Shown in pieces: positions 28,218 to 36,400 of a stretch of DNA of 64,000 bases. Numbering within the stretch: position 1 is the first letter of the stretch; each line of letters opens with the position of its first letter. Source of the stretch: Bdellovibrionales bacterium (GTDB lineage Bacteria; Bdellovibrionota; Bdellovibrionia; Bdellovibrionales; UBA1609). The translations under genes were made by a program, and so were the position numbers. Where the stretch lies: NCBI GenBank assembly GCA_015163875.1, contig JAAOIH010000004.1, positions 11,984 to 75,983 of the forward strand, in the 5' to 3' direction. Below the pieces are notes generated by a model. It worked only from the letters and a program-made list of their open reading frames with translations. It did not search any database and was not told the DNA's origin.

Positions 28218-28889
28218 ATGGGAATTATATTATTTTTATCTTTTTTTCCAATGATGCTGGGCCTATGCCTTGGCTTTAACTTAAGCAGTCAGGTTGTTTA
28301 TTACAAACAAAAAGCTAGACATATTTGTCAGCAATATAATTTAGCAAATCAAAAACAATTACAAAAAAAATTAACAAGTCTTTTAAAGCTAAACACAATG
28401 GCTAAAAAAATAAGAACTAAACTAAGTTATGCAAAAAAATCTTTAAAAGCTGCTAAACTTAGCATGTCCCCTATAGCAGTTGCAGCTGCTCAAAGTTTTT
28501 TAACTTTTATTTTAGCTAAACAATTGATATTTTTTTATAAACAAAAAAAAATATTATACGAGGCTATTAAGATATCTAATAAAGCAAAAAAACAATTAAA
28601 AATACAATTGCACAAAGTGTTTAATAAAAAAAATATTAAAGATTACTCATATAAACAGCTGGGATTAGCTGTTTATTCTAAACCAGCACTGTCTCTTAGT
28701 CCTGATTATTACCTTTTACCTGCTTTTAGTTACGCTCAAGGAAGTTATACTTTGTTTTATTTAAATATCAAAAATTTAATGCCGGCATTGCTTAGAAAAA
28801 TTTTACCTAATTCAGATCTTTTTAAAATAAAATGCTCTGCAACTTTAATTAAACAAAAAAAAATAGAGTTAACATTATGGCAATATTAA
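28218..28889 (+). CDS. membrane-anchored hypothetical protein of the pilus operon (possibly TadG-like)
   Basis: N-terminal hydrophobic anchor and operon coupling (2-nt gap upstream, 13-nt overlap downstream). No firm motif. Confidence 0.35.
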   Translation: MGIILFLSFFPMMLGLCLGFNLSSQVVYYKQKARHICQQYNLANQKQLQKKLTSLLKLNTMAKKIRTKLSYAKKSLKAAKLSMSPIAVAAAQSFLTFILAKQLIFFYKQKKILYEAIKISNKAKKQLKIQLHKVFNKKNIKDYSYKQLGLAVYSKPALSLSPDYYLLPAFSYAQGSYTLFYLNIKNLMPALLRKILPNSDLFKIKCSATLIKQKKIELTLWQY

Positions 28890-29092
28890 AAAATAAAAAA
28901 GGGCAAATATTAATAGAAACACTAATAAGCCTTATAAGCCTTATTACTTTAATACTATTAAGCATTAAAGGAATAAAAAATGCTTATAGACTAAATAAAA
29001 AATATCAACACAAAGTTTATCAAAAAAATAAATTTGGAGTACTAATTAAAAAACCAAAATTGCAGTTTAAAAAGGATGGATATTATGTATAA
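28877..29092 (+). CDS. small pilin-like protein (71 aa)
   Basis: MAILKNKKG|QILIETLISLISLITLILL has the same KGQxLIE site with Glu at +5. Confidence 0.5.
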   Translation: MAILKNKKGQILIETLISLISLITLILLSIKGIKNAYRLNKKYQHKVYQKNKFGVLIKKPKLQFKKDGYYV

Positions 29093-29624
29093 AAAACAAA
29101 AACTACAGGTTTTATTTGTTAAATTGCTTGGGTATTTTAATAAATATAAAAAAGTGATTATAAAAGCCAGTTTAAAAAAACAATTATTTTTTGCTTTTTT
29201 ATTTTCTTTATTTTCGTTAATGTTAATTAATAATAATCCAGAAAACCCTATTGCAAAACAAAAAAACATTAAAACAGATTGGAATATGAATACTTTTATA
29301 CCAGAGGGTTTTGTACTTATACCTATTCAATTACTTAATGCAGAAAGCTTAAACGGACTAATTGGCAAATGGGGCTGGGTTAGTTTGTACTCTAGTTTAA
29401 TTGAAAAAAACAAAAAACCTATAGTTTCGTCTATTAGAATAATTAGAAGCCCTAAAAATAATAATCAATTTGCCGTTTTGTCTCCAGAAAATAAATCATC
29501 TTTGATTTTAGAGCATACAGCTCCTTTAGTTGCTGTAATACAAGGGGCTAAGATAAAAAATAAGTCTACCCGTTTTAATACAAAAAAAATTATAAAAAAA
29601 AATAAGATTTTAATTGAAAATTAA
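29076..29624 (+). CDS. cpaB: short CpaB/RcpC-like pilus assembly protein
   Basis: TM anchor followed by IPEGFVLIPIQLLNAESLNGLI...VSLYS...FAVLSPENKSSLILEHTAPLVAVIQG, which fits the C-terminal CpaB pattern. The SAF part appears to be missing. Confidence 0.45.
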   Translation: MDIMYKKQKLQVLFVKLLGYFNKYKKVIIKASLKKQLFFAFLFSLFSLMLINNNPENPIAKQKNIKTDWNMNTFIPEGFVLIPIQLLNAESLNGLIGKWGWVSLYSSLIEKNKKPIVSSIRIIRSPKNNNQFAVLSPENKSSLILEHTAPLVAVIQGAKIKNKSTRFNTKKIIKKNKILIEN

Positions 29625-29648
29625 TGCTTAATAATAAATAATCACTAA

Positions 29649-30749
29649 ATGCAGAGGTCAAGTATAATGAATATTTTAAATATCAGAAAAAAACAAATTG
29701 TTAAACTAAAATCTGTTTTTATTTTTTTACAAATACTGTTAATTATACATACTAATTTTCTTATTATCCCCCACTCTTTTGCTGCACAAAATAATACAAA
29801 AAATAACACAGAAAATAAAAAAAGACCTTTAATTTTAGCATATTCTGCCACAGATGCAGATTATCAAGGTTTTTTGCATTTTTCTAAATCTTTTTATTCT
29901 TTTTCTCAGGAATATTTAAATAAACAAAATTTAAATACAAAAAAATTACAAGATCAATTTAAAATTGCTCAAGATTTATATTTTCAAGGAAAAACTTTAC
30001 AAGCTACAGATAAGTTTAAAAATATTATAAAACAAAAATGGGATAATGACTGGACTGTTAAACAAAAAAATTGGATATATTTTTCTTTTTTAAGATTGTC
30101 TCAAATATCTGATGACTTCAGAATAAAACACCTACTAATAAAAGAAGCAATATCTTTTGCGCCAGAAAAAAGACCAAATTATAAAGTATTTAGCCCTCCA
30201 TTTTTAAAACTTTATAATAAATTACACGCAAATATACAGTGGTCTTATATTAATAATTATTTAAAAATACAAAATTATAAAAAAATTATAATAAACGGAA
30301 AGGTATTTGATATTAAGCCAGATATAAAAATACCAGTAAATTCTCTTAAAAAATTTAGACTAAGCCTTTTGTCTAATAAAGTTGAGGTGTATTCTAAAAT
30401 TACAGATTACCATTCGTTTTCTACAGATAATATTTTACAAAAACCTCTTGTAACAGGTACTTGCAAAAAATTTAAAAACCACAGTGCTTACAAATATTCT
30501 ATATTTTTTACTAATTCTTGCATAAAAAATAATAAAAAAGTAACTAAACATACAAAATCTGATATAAAAATTTCTGAAATTAATTTATTTCCAAAACAAA
30601 ATTTAACTCCATTAAAAAAGAAAAAAGAAAAATTAATTACTATAAAAAAGAGCACATGGATTTTAGTTGGCTTGGCAATTGTTGGGACTGCAATTTTAAC
30701 TTCTAGATTGTCTAGAAGGCCTACTCATAAAATTGGCTTTGATGATTAA
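29649..30749 (+). CDS. exported hypothetical protein with a C-terminal TM anchor
   Basis: Signal-like N-terminus (...IIPHSFAAQ), a helical TPR-like stretch, and a C-terminal helix WILVGLAIVGTAILT. No family recognised. Confidence 0.45.
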   Translation: MQRSSIMNILNIRKKQIVKLKSVFIFLQILLIIHTNFLIIPHSFAAQNNTKNNTENKKRPLILAYSATDADYQGFLHFSKSFYSFSQEYLNKQNLNTKKLQDQFKIAQDLYFQGKTLQATDKFKNIIKQKWDNDWTVKQKNWIYFSFLRLSQISDDFRIKHLLIKEAISFAPEKRPNYKVFSPPFLKLYNKLHANIQWSYINNYLKIQNYKKIIINGKVFDIKPDIKIPVNSLKKFRLSLLSNKVEVYSKITDYHSFSTDNILQKPLVTGTCKKFKNHSAYKYSIFFTNSCIKNNKKVTKHTKSDIKISEINLFPKQNLTPLKKKKEKLITIKKSTWILVGLAIVGTAILTSRLSRRPTHKIGFDD

Positions 30750-32092
30750 TTTTTAATAATTACTTTTCCGTTAAAGCAAACTTCTAAAATTTTTTGATTT
30801 TGTTCATCTAATATTGTGTGTGAGTTTTTTGTCCATTCTTTGTCTGGGTGTGTGTGGTAGTAAATCCAATGTTTATTAATATTAGCAATCCCCCATTTTT
30901 CAGCCTCTGTTAATGCTTTTTTATTTAAAAATAAAGAAGATTCTTCAACCGGACTATCACTTCCAAAATAAAATAATTGTTTTTGGTCTTCTAACTTTTT
31001 CCATAAAAATAAATCTTTTATGCTTTCTTTAGGTAATTTATCTTTTAACCAATATTTATCACTTAAAAAATGACATGGTTGTAAATGACAAATAATATTT
31101 TTATATTTAGATAATATTTCTAAGCTATTTTGACTTAATAATTGAACATGCTCTAAATTTAAATTTTTTATTGGTATTTTTTTTTGTTTAAATTCTTCAA
31201 TAACTGATTCTGCAATTTTAAGAACATCATAAGAGGCTTTGTCTCCAATAACATGTACAGAAAAATCTAAATTAGACACCCAAGATTGTTTTAACATTTC
31301 TTTTAAATCTGAGGCTGGTATTAATGGCTTAGCGCCTAAAGTTATATTAGAGTCATTTAAGTACTTTGAGTTTAATAATGCTGTATTAGAGCCAAGAGAT
31401 CCGTCATAATATACTTTAACACCGCATACTTTAATGTTAATTAAATTTTCTTTTTTTGCAATAATTGAAAATTTTAAAGCTTCATAAAAATCATTAGGAT
31501 TTTCTACTCCCATATTTTGTTCAATTTTTAAGCTTAACAAAGAATCCATGTTTAATAAACAGCTCCAATAATCTTTATCACAAGACATATCTCTTACATG
31601 AGTAAAACCTGCAGAATTAAAATATGCTTGTGCAGATTTTATAGAATTATTAATTTGCACAATGCTATAAGATTTAAGTTTATTTTGTATTTTTGCTTTT
31701 AAGTTATCATGCAATAAGCCAGATGATTTACATGCAAATTTTTTTAAAGCTAAGCTATTTAACCAAGCGCTATGCCCGTCTGAGCTTACAAAAAAAACAG
31801 GATGCTTAAAAAAATATTTATCTAATACATCAAAATAAGAAAATTTATCTTGTCCCCAAATATTATTTTTAGAATCTTTCCATAAATTTTTTTTAAATAA
31901 ATTATTATCCCAACCAAATCCAAATAAAACATCGCCTCTAAAATGATGTTGTTTAATATTTAGATTTAATAAATCTTTTGGAAATTTTAAAATAGAAAGA
32001 TCTAAAGTTTTAAGCTTTAGACCTGTTCCTAATAAATGAATATGACTATCGTAAATTCCATTAACACAAAGTGGTAATTGTTTGTTTTTCAA
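30746..32092 (-). CDS. amidohydrolase-family metal-dependent hydrolase (YtcJ-like)
   Basis: N-terminal GIYDSHIHLLGTG (HxH metal motif). The later HVIGD and FGSDSPVE motifs are typical of Amidohydro_3-type enzymes. Confidence 0.7.
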   Translation of the reverse strand: MKNKQLPLCVNGIYDSHIHLLGTGLKLKTLDLSILKFPKDLLNLNIKQHHFRGDVLFGFGWDNNLFKKNLWKDSKNNIWGQDKFSYFDVLDKYFFKHPVFFVSSDGHSAWLNSLALKKFACKSSGLLHDNLKAKIQNKLKSYSIVQINNSIKSAQAYFNSAGFTHVRDMSCDKDYWSCLLNMDSLLSLKIEQNMGVENPNDFYEALKFSIIAKKENLINIKVCGVKVYYDGSLGSNTALLNSKYLNDSNITLGAKPLIPASDLKEMLKQSWVSNLDFSVHVIGDKASYDVLKIAESVIEEFKQKKIPIKNLNLEHVQLLSQNSLEILSKYKNIICHLQPCHFLSDKYWLKDKLPKESIKDLFLWKKLEDQKQLFYFGSDSPVEESSLFLNKKALTEAEKWGIANINKHWIYYHTHPDKEWTKNSHTILDEQNQKILEVCFNGKVIIKN

Positions 32093-32116
32093 AATTTAGA
32101 TCAAAATAATTAATCT

Positions 32117-34909
32117 TTAAAACCCACCTCTTGCTGGTCTCTTGTCACCACGATTATCTTTATCTCTTACATTTTGGTCGCAAGATCTAAAATTACTAGC
32201 ATAAGTTCCACAATCAGGAGTATTTGTGTTTGAGCCATCACCAATTCCTACTGTAAATCCTCCGTTGAATCCTCCGTTGAATCCTCCGTTGAATCCTCCG
32301 TTGAATCCTACTCCTACGCCGCCGCCGCCGCCGCCGCCGAAATTATTGTCATAAGGTGCGCTGGCAATTTGTTGCATTTGTAATTGCAATTGATAAATTT
32401 GTTGTTGAAATCCAGAAATTTTCTGATTTCTTTGTTGTTTTTGATTGTTAATACTTTGTTGTTGTTGAATCCATGCGCTAACATTTTGTTGGTACTGTTG
32501 AGCTAATTGCAATTGATATTGTTGTCCTAAATTTATTCCACCGCCGCCACCGAAGTTGCCGCCTCCTCCTGGGAATCCGCCTAAGCCACCACCAAATCTG
32601 CCGCCACCTGGGAATCCGCCTAAGCCGCCGCCTGGGAATCCGACTAAGCCACCACCAAATCTGCCGCCACCTGGGAATCCGCCTAAGCCACCGCCGAAGT
32701 TGCCGCCTCCACCTGGGAAACCACCTGGGAATCCGCCTAAGCCACCGCCAAATCCTCCGCCGCCTGGGAATCCACCTAAGCCACCACCAAATCCGCCTCC
32801 ACCTGGGAAACCGCCTAAACCACCGCCGAAGTTGCCGCCTCCACCTGGGAAACCACCTGGGAATCCGCCTAAGCCACCGCCAAATCCGCCGCCTCCTGGG
32901 AAACCACCTGGGAAACCGCCTCCACCTGGGAAACCGCCTAAGCCACCGCCGAAGTTGCCGCCTCCACCTGGGAAACCGCCTAAGCCACCGCCGAAGTTGC
33001 CGCCTCCACCTGGGAAACCACCAAATCCGCCGCCTCCTGGGAAACCACCTGGGAAACCGCCATTACCGCCTCTTATCATTTGTACATAAGGGTTAATGCC
33101 CATTTGAAATGGAGCCCCTCCCATTGGTCCGAATACTTGTGGAGGGTAGCCAAAAGCTCCTCCAACAACAGGTTGTCCGTATGCTCCAGATCCTACTCCA
33201 CCGTTACTCCAAAAATTTCCATCTGGTTGAATTTGAAATCCTCCAATAGATTGTGCGCAACTATAAGAACCAGAATAACTAGCAGATCCTGTTAAAGAAC
33301 CATATCCACCTTGATTATAATATCCGCGGTAATAATATCCAGCGCCTCCTGCACCTGAATTACTAGAAGAGCTGTTAGCAAAAGCAGAGTTTACTGTATT
33401 AAGACCAAATAATGCACCTTGTACACCTAATAAACTAGATTGTTGAGACAATAACTCTGCGTCAGTTTCGTAACCTAAAGACTGATTAGCGTCTATTGCA
33501 TATTTTGCAGATTTGTCTCCAAGTCCAGAAAGTAATTTAGATCCGCCCCAAGCCCCCAAAAGACTTGCGCCTAATTGCAACCAAGGAGAAGTGCTCTTTT
33601 TTTGTACTTGAGCCTGCCCTGCTGGTCCGTAATAAATAAAACCAGGTGCTGAGCCTCCAGATCCTGCGTGAGTTACACAATCTTCACAACCACCCTCAAC
33701 TGCGTCTGCTAATTCTTCTAAATCATCAGCTTCTTTATAATTTTTTACGTTTTTTTCTAGGTCTAATAATTTTTCTCTGTTAGAATCTAAATCTGCAATT
33801 AATTTTGAACAAGCTTCAACATGTTTTTCTTTAGAGGGGGATTTGCTTTTTTTACCAGTTTTCCATATTTTAGTATAAGAACAAATATCTTTTGGAATAC
33901 CATTAGCAAAATTTGCATCTTTATCAACACACCCGGTTGACTCAGGCTCTGTTGTAGCGCTGATTGACGGAGTGTCTACAGCAATAGTGTCAACATAATA
34001 ATTACAATTATCGTCAGAGTTTTCGTCACAATCACTAGTAGAAGATGAGCTAATTAAAGAAGCAGATGTAACTTCGTTTCTGTCTGTGCTCGGGCTACCT
34101 GTATATGCATCGTCGTAGGCATCAATTGCAGAACTTGAGTGACAAGAATTTTTTCCAACATCACATAAAGCTTTTGGAGTTGCCTTATTTATTTTAACTG
34201 CTTTTTCTCTATCCGCTTTTATACCTGCTTTTTTTTGAGTTAGTATTTTTCTTGCATCTTCTAAGGTTTTTTGCTTGTTGAATAGTTTAATTTGGCTTTT
34301 GATTTTAGATATTAATATTGTATTTTCAGCTAATTCGTCTTTTCTTATTATAGAATTCCATAGGCCTTCCAATTTTTCTTTTTTTTTAATTAATGCTTCT
34401 AGCTCACTTTGCAGTGACGATAAATGTTCTGATACTGTTTGATTTGCATCTGCTGCTTGATTTGCATCTGCTATTTTGTTTTCATCTATGATTTTTTGAT
34501 TGTCTTCTAATGCTTTTTTATTTTCATCTAATGCTTCTCTGTAACTATCTATACTGTTATTTATATCTGCAATCTGACCACCTCCACTTGAACAATATCC
34601 AAAGTTTAAAGAAAGCGGATTATCTTTAAATTTATTAATGTCATCAATAGCACCTTCTTTTAAATATTTACCAAGTGCTTTAATGGTTTTTTTAATTTTT
34701 TTCTTAGCAGCTTTTTGTTTTTTTGCTTGATCTTCAACAAAAGCCTTTTTAGTATGTTTGAAAATTTTTTTAGGTGTACATGCTTGTCTTCCTGGCTGTA
34801 TACCTGCCCCGTAATACGCTGATGCATATTCTGGCATTCCTAAAATGCTCATGCTAAATATTAAAATACTTATATTTATAAATTTCATAAAACAGAATAT
34901 TTGCTTCAT
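32117..34909 (-). CDS. 930-aa secreted low-complexity protein with coiled-coil, G/Y/S-rich, GFPGG-repeat, Gln-rich and FNGG-repeat regions
   Basis: Uninterrupted 2.8-kb ORF. RBS AGGAAAG lies upstream of the ATG at 34909, and the signal peptide ends in ...EYASA. Composition is described under findings. Confidence 0.8.
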   Translation of the reverse strand: MKQIFCFMKFINISILIFSMSILGMPEYASAYYGAGIQPGRQACTPKKIFKHTKKAFVEDQAKKQKAAKKKIKKTIKALGKYLKEGAIDDINKFKDNPLSLNFGYCSSGGGQIADINNSIDSYREALDENKKALEDNQKIIDENKIADANQAADANQTVSEHLSSLQSELEALIKKKEKLEGLWNSIIRKDELAENTILISKIKSQIKLFNKQKTLEDARKILTQKKAGIKADREKAVKINKATPKALCDVGKNSCHSSSAIDAYDDAYTGSPSTDRNEVTSASLISSSSTSDCDENSDDNCNYYVDTIAVDTPSISATTEPESTGCVDKDANFANGIPKDICSYTKIWKTGKKSKSPSKEKHVEACSKLIADLDSNREKLLDLEKNVKNYKEADDLEELADAVEGGCEDCVTHAGSGGSAPGFIYYGPAGQAQVQKKSTSPWLQLGASLLGAWGGSKLLSGLGDKSAKYAIDANQSLGYETDAELLSQQSSLLGVQGALFGLNTVNSAFANSSSSNSGAGGAGYYYRGYYNQGGYGSLTGSASYSGSYSCAQSIGGFQIQPDGNFWSNGGVGSGAYGQPVVGGAFGYPPQVFGPMGGAPFQMGINPYVQMIRGGNGGFPGGFPGGGGFGGFPGGGGNFGGGLGGFPGGGGNFGGGLGGFPGGGGFPGGFPGGGGFGGGLGGFPGGFPGGGGNFGGGLGGFPGGGGFGGGLGGFPGGGGFGGGLGGFPGGFPGGGGNFGGGLGGFPGGGRFGGGLVGFPGGGLGGFPGGGRFGGGLGGFPGGGGNFGGGGGINLGQQYQLQLAQQYQQNVSAWIQQQQSINNQKQQRNQKISGFQQQIYQLQLQMQQIASAPYDNNFGGGGGGGVGVGFNGGFNGGFNGGFNGGFTVGIGDGSNTNTPDCGTYASNFRSCDQNVRDKDNRGDKRPARGGF
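32256..32338. repeat. 12-bp x4 tandem repeat (AATCCTCCGTTG) followed by (GCC)7
   Basis: Four perfect copies at 32256..32303 encode (FNGG)4. GCC x7 at 32318..32338 encodes a Gly run. Confidence 0.9.
32538..33072. repeat. degenerate in-frame tandem repeats (39-54 bp units), GC-rich
   Basis: The plus-strand motif CCTGGGAA(A/T)CC recurs about 17 times. On the minus strand the region encodes GGFPGGGG(N)FGGGL units. Confidence 0.9.
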
Positions 34910-34933
34910 AACGCTTTCCTTGTTTTTAACTTT

Positions 34934-34949
34934 AGTAAATTAATTTACT
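34934..34949. promoter_or_regulatory. perfect 16-bp palindrome AGTAAATTAATTTACT, 25-40 bp upstream of the glycine-rich gene start
   Basis: Read directly from the sequence. A possible operator, but AT-rich palindromes can arise by chance in this genome. Confidence 0.25.
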
Positions 34950-35167
34950 ATTATATAGTTAATGACTAATTTTAGTTTTTTTAATACATCTATATGAATA
35001 TAGTACAAAAAAATACTTCATAAAAATAGCCTTTCTTATCAAACCTATCGGTAAGGCCTATGCAATACATAAGCAAAACTAGACTTTTGTTTATGTATTA
35101 GACAATTTTTTATAGTTTTTAATAGTTTAAATACAAAATAGCAATATATAAAACCGATAAATTATAG

Positions 35168-36313
35168 ATGCCTAAACAAAATTACTCTACTTATGGCCCG
35201 CTTAACAAAAGTTACAAAATTCTTTATATAGATACATGTTCTAAAAACACAGCAAATGTAATTGAGCTTTTGTCTGATCATTTTAAAATTCATACTGCAG
35301 CGTCTGTAAAAGAGGCTTTGTTACTAATTGATGACATAAGTTTTTCTTTAATTATAAGTCAGGTAATTTTAGAAAAACAAACTGGTATAGATTTTTTTAA
35401 ACAAGTAAAAGAAACTAATCTTTCTGACAGTATTCGTATTTTAATAACAGATAAAAATACAAAAAAAAATACTCTTATTGAGGCTATAAACAATGGAGAT
35501 ATATATCATTATCTTAAAGAGGGCTACTCACCATCTGAATTACAAAATCTTATTTACAAAGCCTTAAAACAATACGAAGCAAAGCTAACTATTGACCAAA
35601 AAGATTTAGAGTTAAAAAAAGCATATTCAGATTTAAAAGAATTAGACAAATCAAAAACACAATTTATGATGCTTATTAATCATGAACTAAAAACACCTTT
35701 AACTAATATTATTAATTTTATATCATTACTAAAAGTATCAAAACTAAATGATGAACAAGAAAAATACTTAAACTATATAGAAGGTAGCACTGGCACATTA
35801 AAAAAATTAATTGATGAAAGCTTAAGTTTTATATCGGCCGAAACTGGGCAGTTAAAATTAAATAAAAATATAGTTAGCATACCAGCTTTGTTGCAAAGCC
35901 CTTTAGAAAAATTACAAAAAAAAATAAAAAATAAAAAACAAAGTTTAGATTTAAAAATTTGTGATGACAAAATTAAAATTGATATAAAAATTATACAACA
36001 AATTTTAAATCATCTTTTACATAACGCAATAAAGTTTGGACCAGAAAATAGTGAAATTAGCTTTCATGTAACCAAGTCAGACAATTTAGAACTTGGATCA
36101 TTAAAATTTTCAATATCAAACACAGGAAAGGAAGTGCCAAAAGATATAGTAGAAAAAATATTTAAACCATTTGTTTTAAACGAACAAAACATGAACCACA
36201 GCCAAGGATTTGGCCTAGGCCTAAGCCTTTGCCAAGCACTATTAAAAGTTCACAAATCCCAATTAAAGTTTACTAATTCAAACAACATTACAAGCGTATA
36301 CTTTTATTTATAA
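35168..36313 (+). CDS. histidine kinase with an N-terminal pseudo-receiver domain
   Basis: Receiver-fold N-terminus with Gln at the phospho-acceptor position (SLIISQVIL; CAG at 35360..35362). H-box FMMLINHELKTPL. HATPase N-box HNAIKF and G-boxes GFGLGLS. Confidence 0.8.
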   Translation: MPKQNYSTYGPLNKSYKILYIDTCSKNTANVIELLSDHFKIHTAASVKEALLLIDDISFSLIISQVILEKQTGIDFFKQVKETNLSDSIRILITDKNTKKNTLIEAINNGDIYHYLKEGYSPSELQNLIYKALKQYEAKLTIDQKDLELKKAYSDLKELDKSKTQFMMLINHELKTPLTNIINFISLLKVSKLNDEQEKYLNYIEGSTGTLKKLIDESLSFISAETGQLKLNKNIVSIPALLQSPLEKLQKKIKNKKQSLDLKICDDKIKIDIKIIQQILNHLLHNAIKFGPENSEISFHVTKSDNLELGSLKFSISNTGKEVPKDIVEKIFKPFVLNEQNMNHSQGFGLGLSLCQALLKVHKSQLKFTNSNNITSVYFYL

Positions 36314-36400
36314 ATCGCTGTTTTTTAAAAAACAATTCTCGGAACACCCAAGTCGGAATATTTTTTTAACTTCTACACTACAACCTACTTTACATGGATT

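Noticed and set aside
32556-33089. 177-aa proline-rich ORF on the + strand (PPPGNPPKPPP...)
   Set aside because: It is the mirror image of the Gly-repeat coding strand, because GGN codons read as NCC on the complement. It is stop-free only because of the biased composition. It has no start context, while the minus-strand ORF is 930 aa with a signal peptide and an RBS.
32500-33100. Considered whether the GC-rich patch marks a horizontally acquired island or mobile element
   Set aside because: The high GC is confined to the Gly and Pro codon repeats. The rest of the same ORF and both flanks have the normal AT-rich composition. No integrase, transposase, direct-repeat boundaries or tRNA-adjacent attachment-site structure are seen.
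36330-36360. Direct repeat TCGGAA-N8-TCGGAA between the kinase and secretin genes, considered as a regulator binding site
   Set aside because: Two 6-mers could easily match by chance, and I cannot support it without conservation data.
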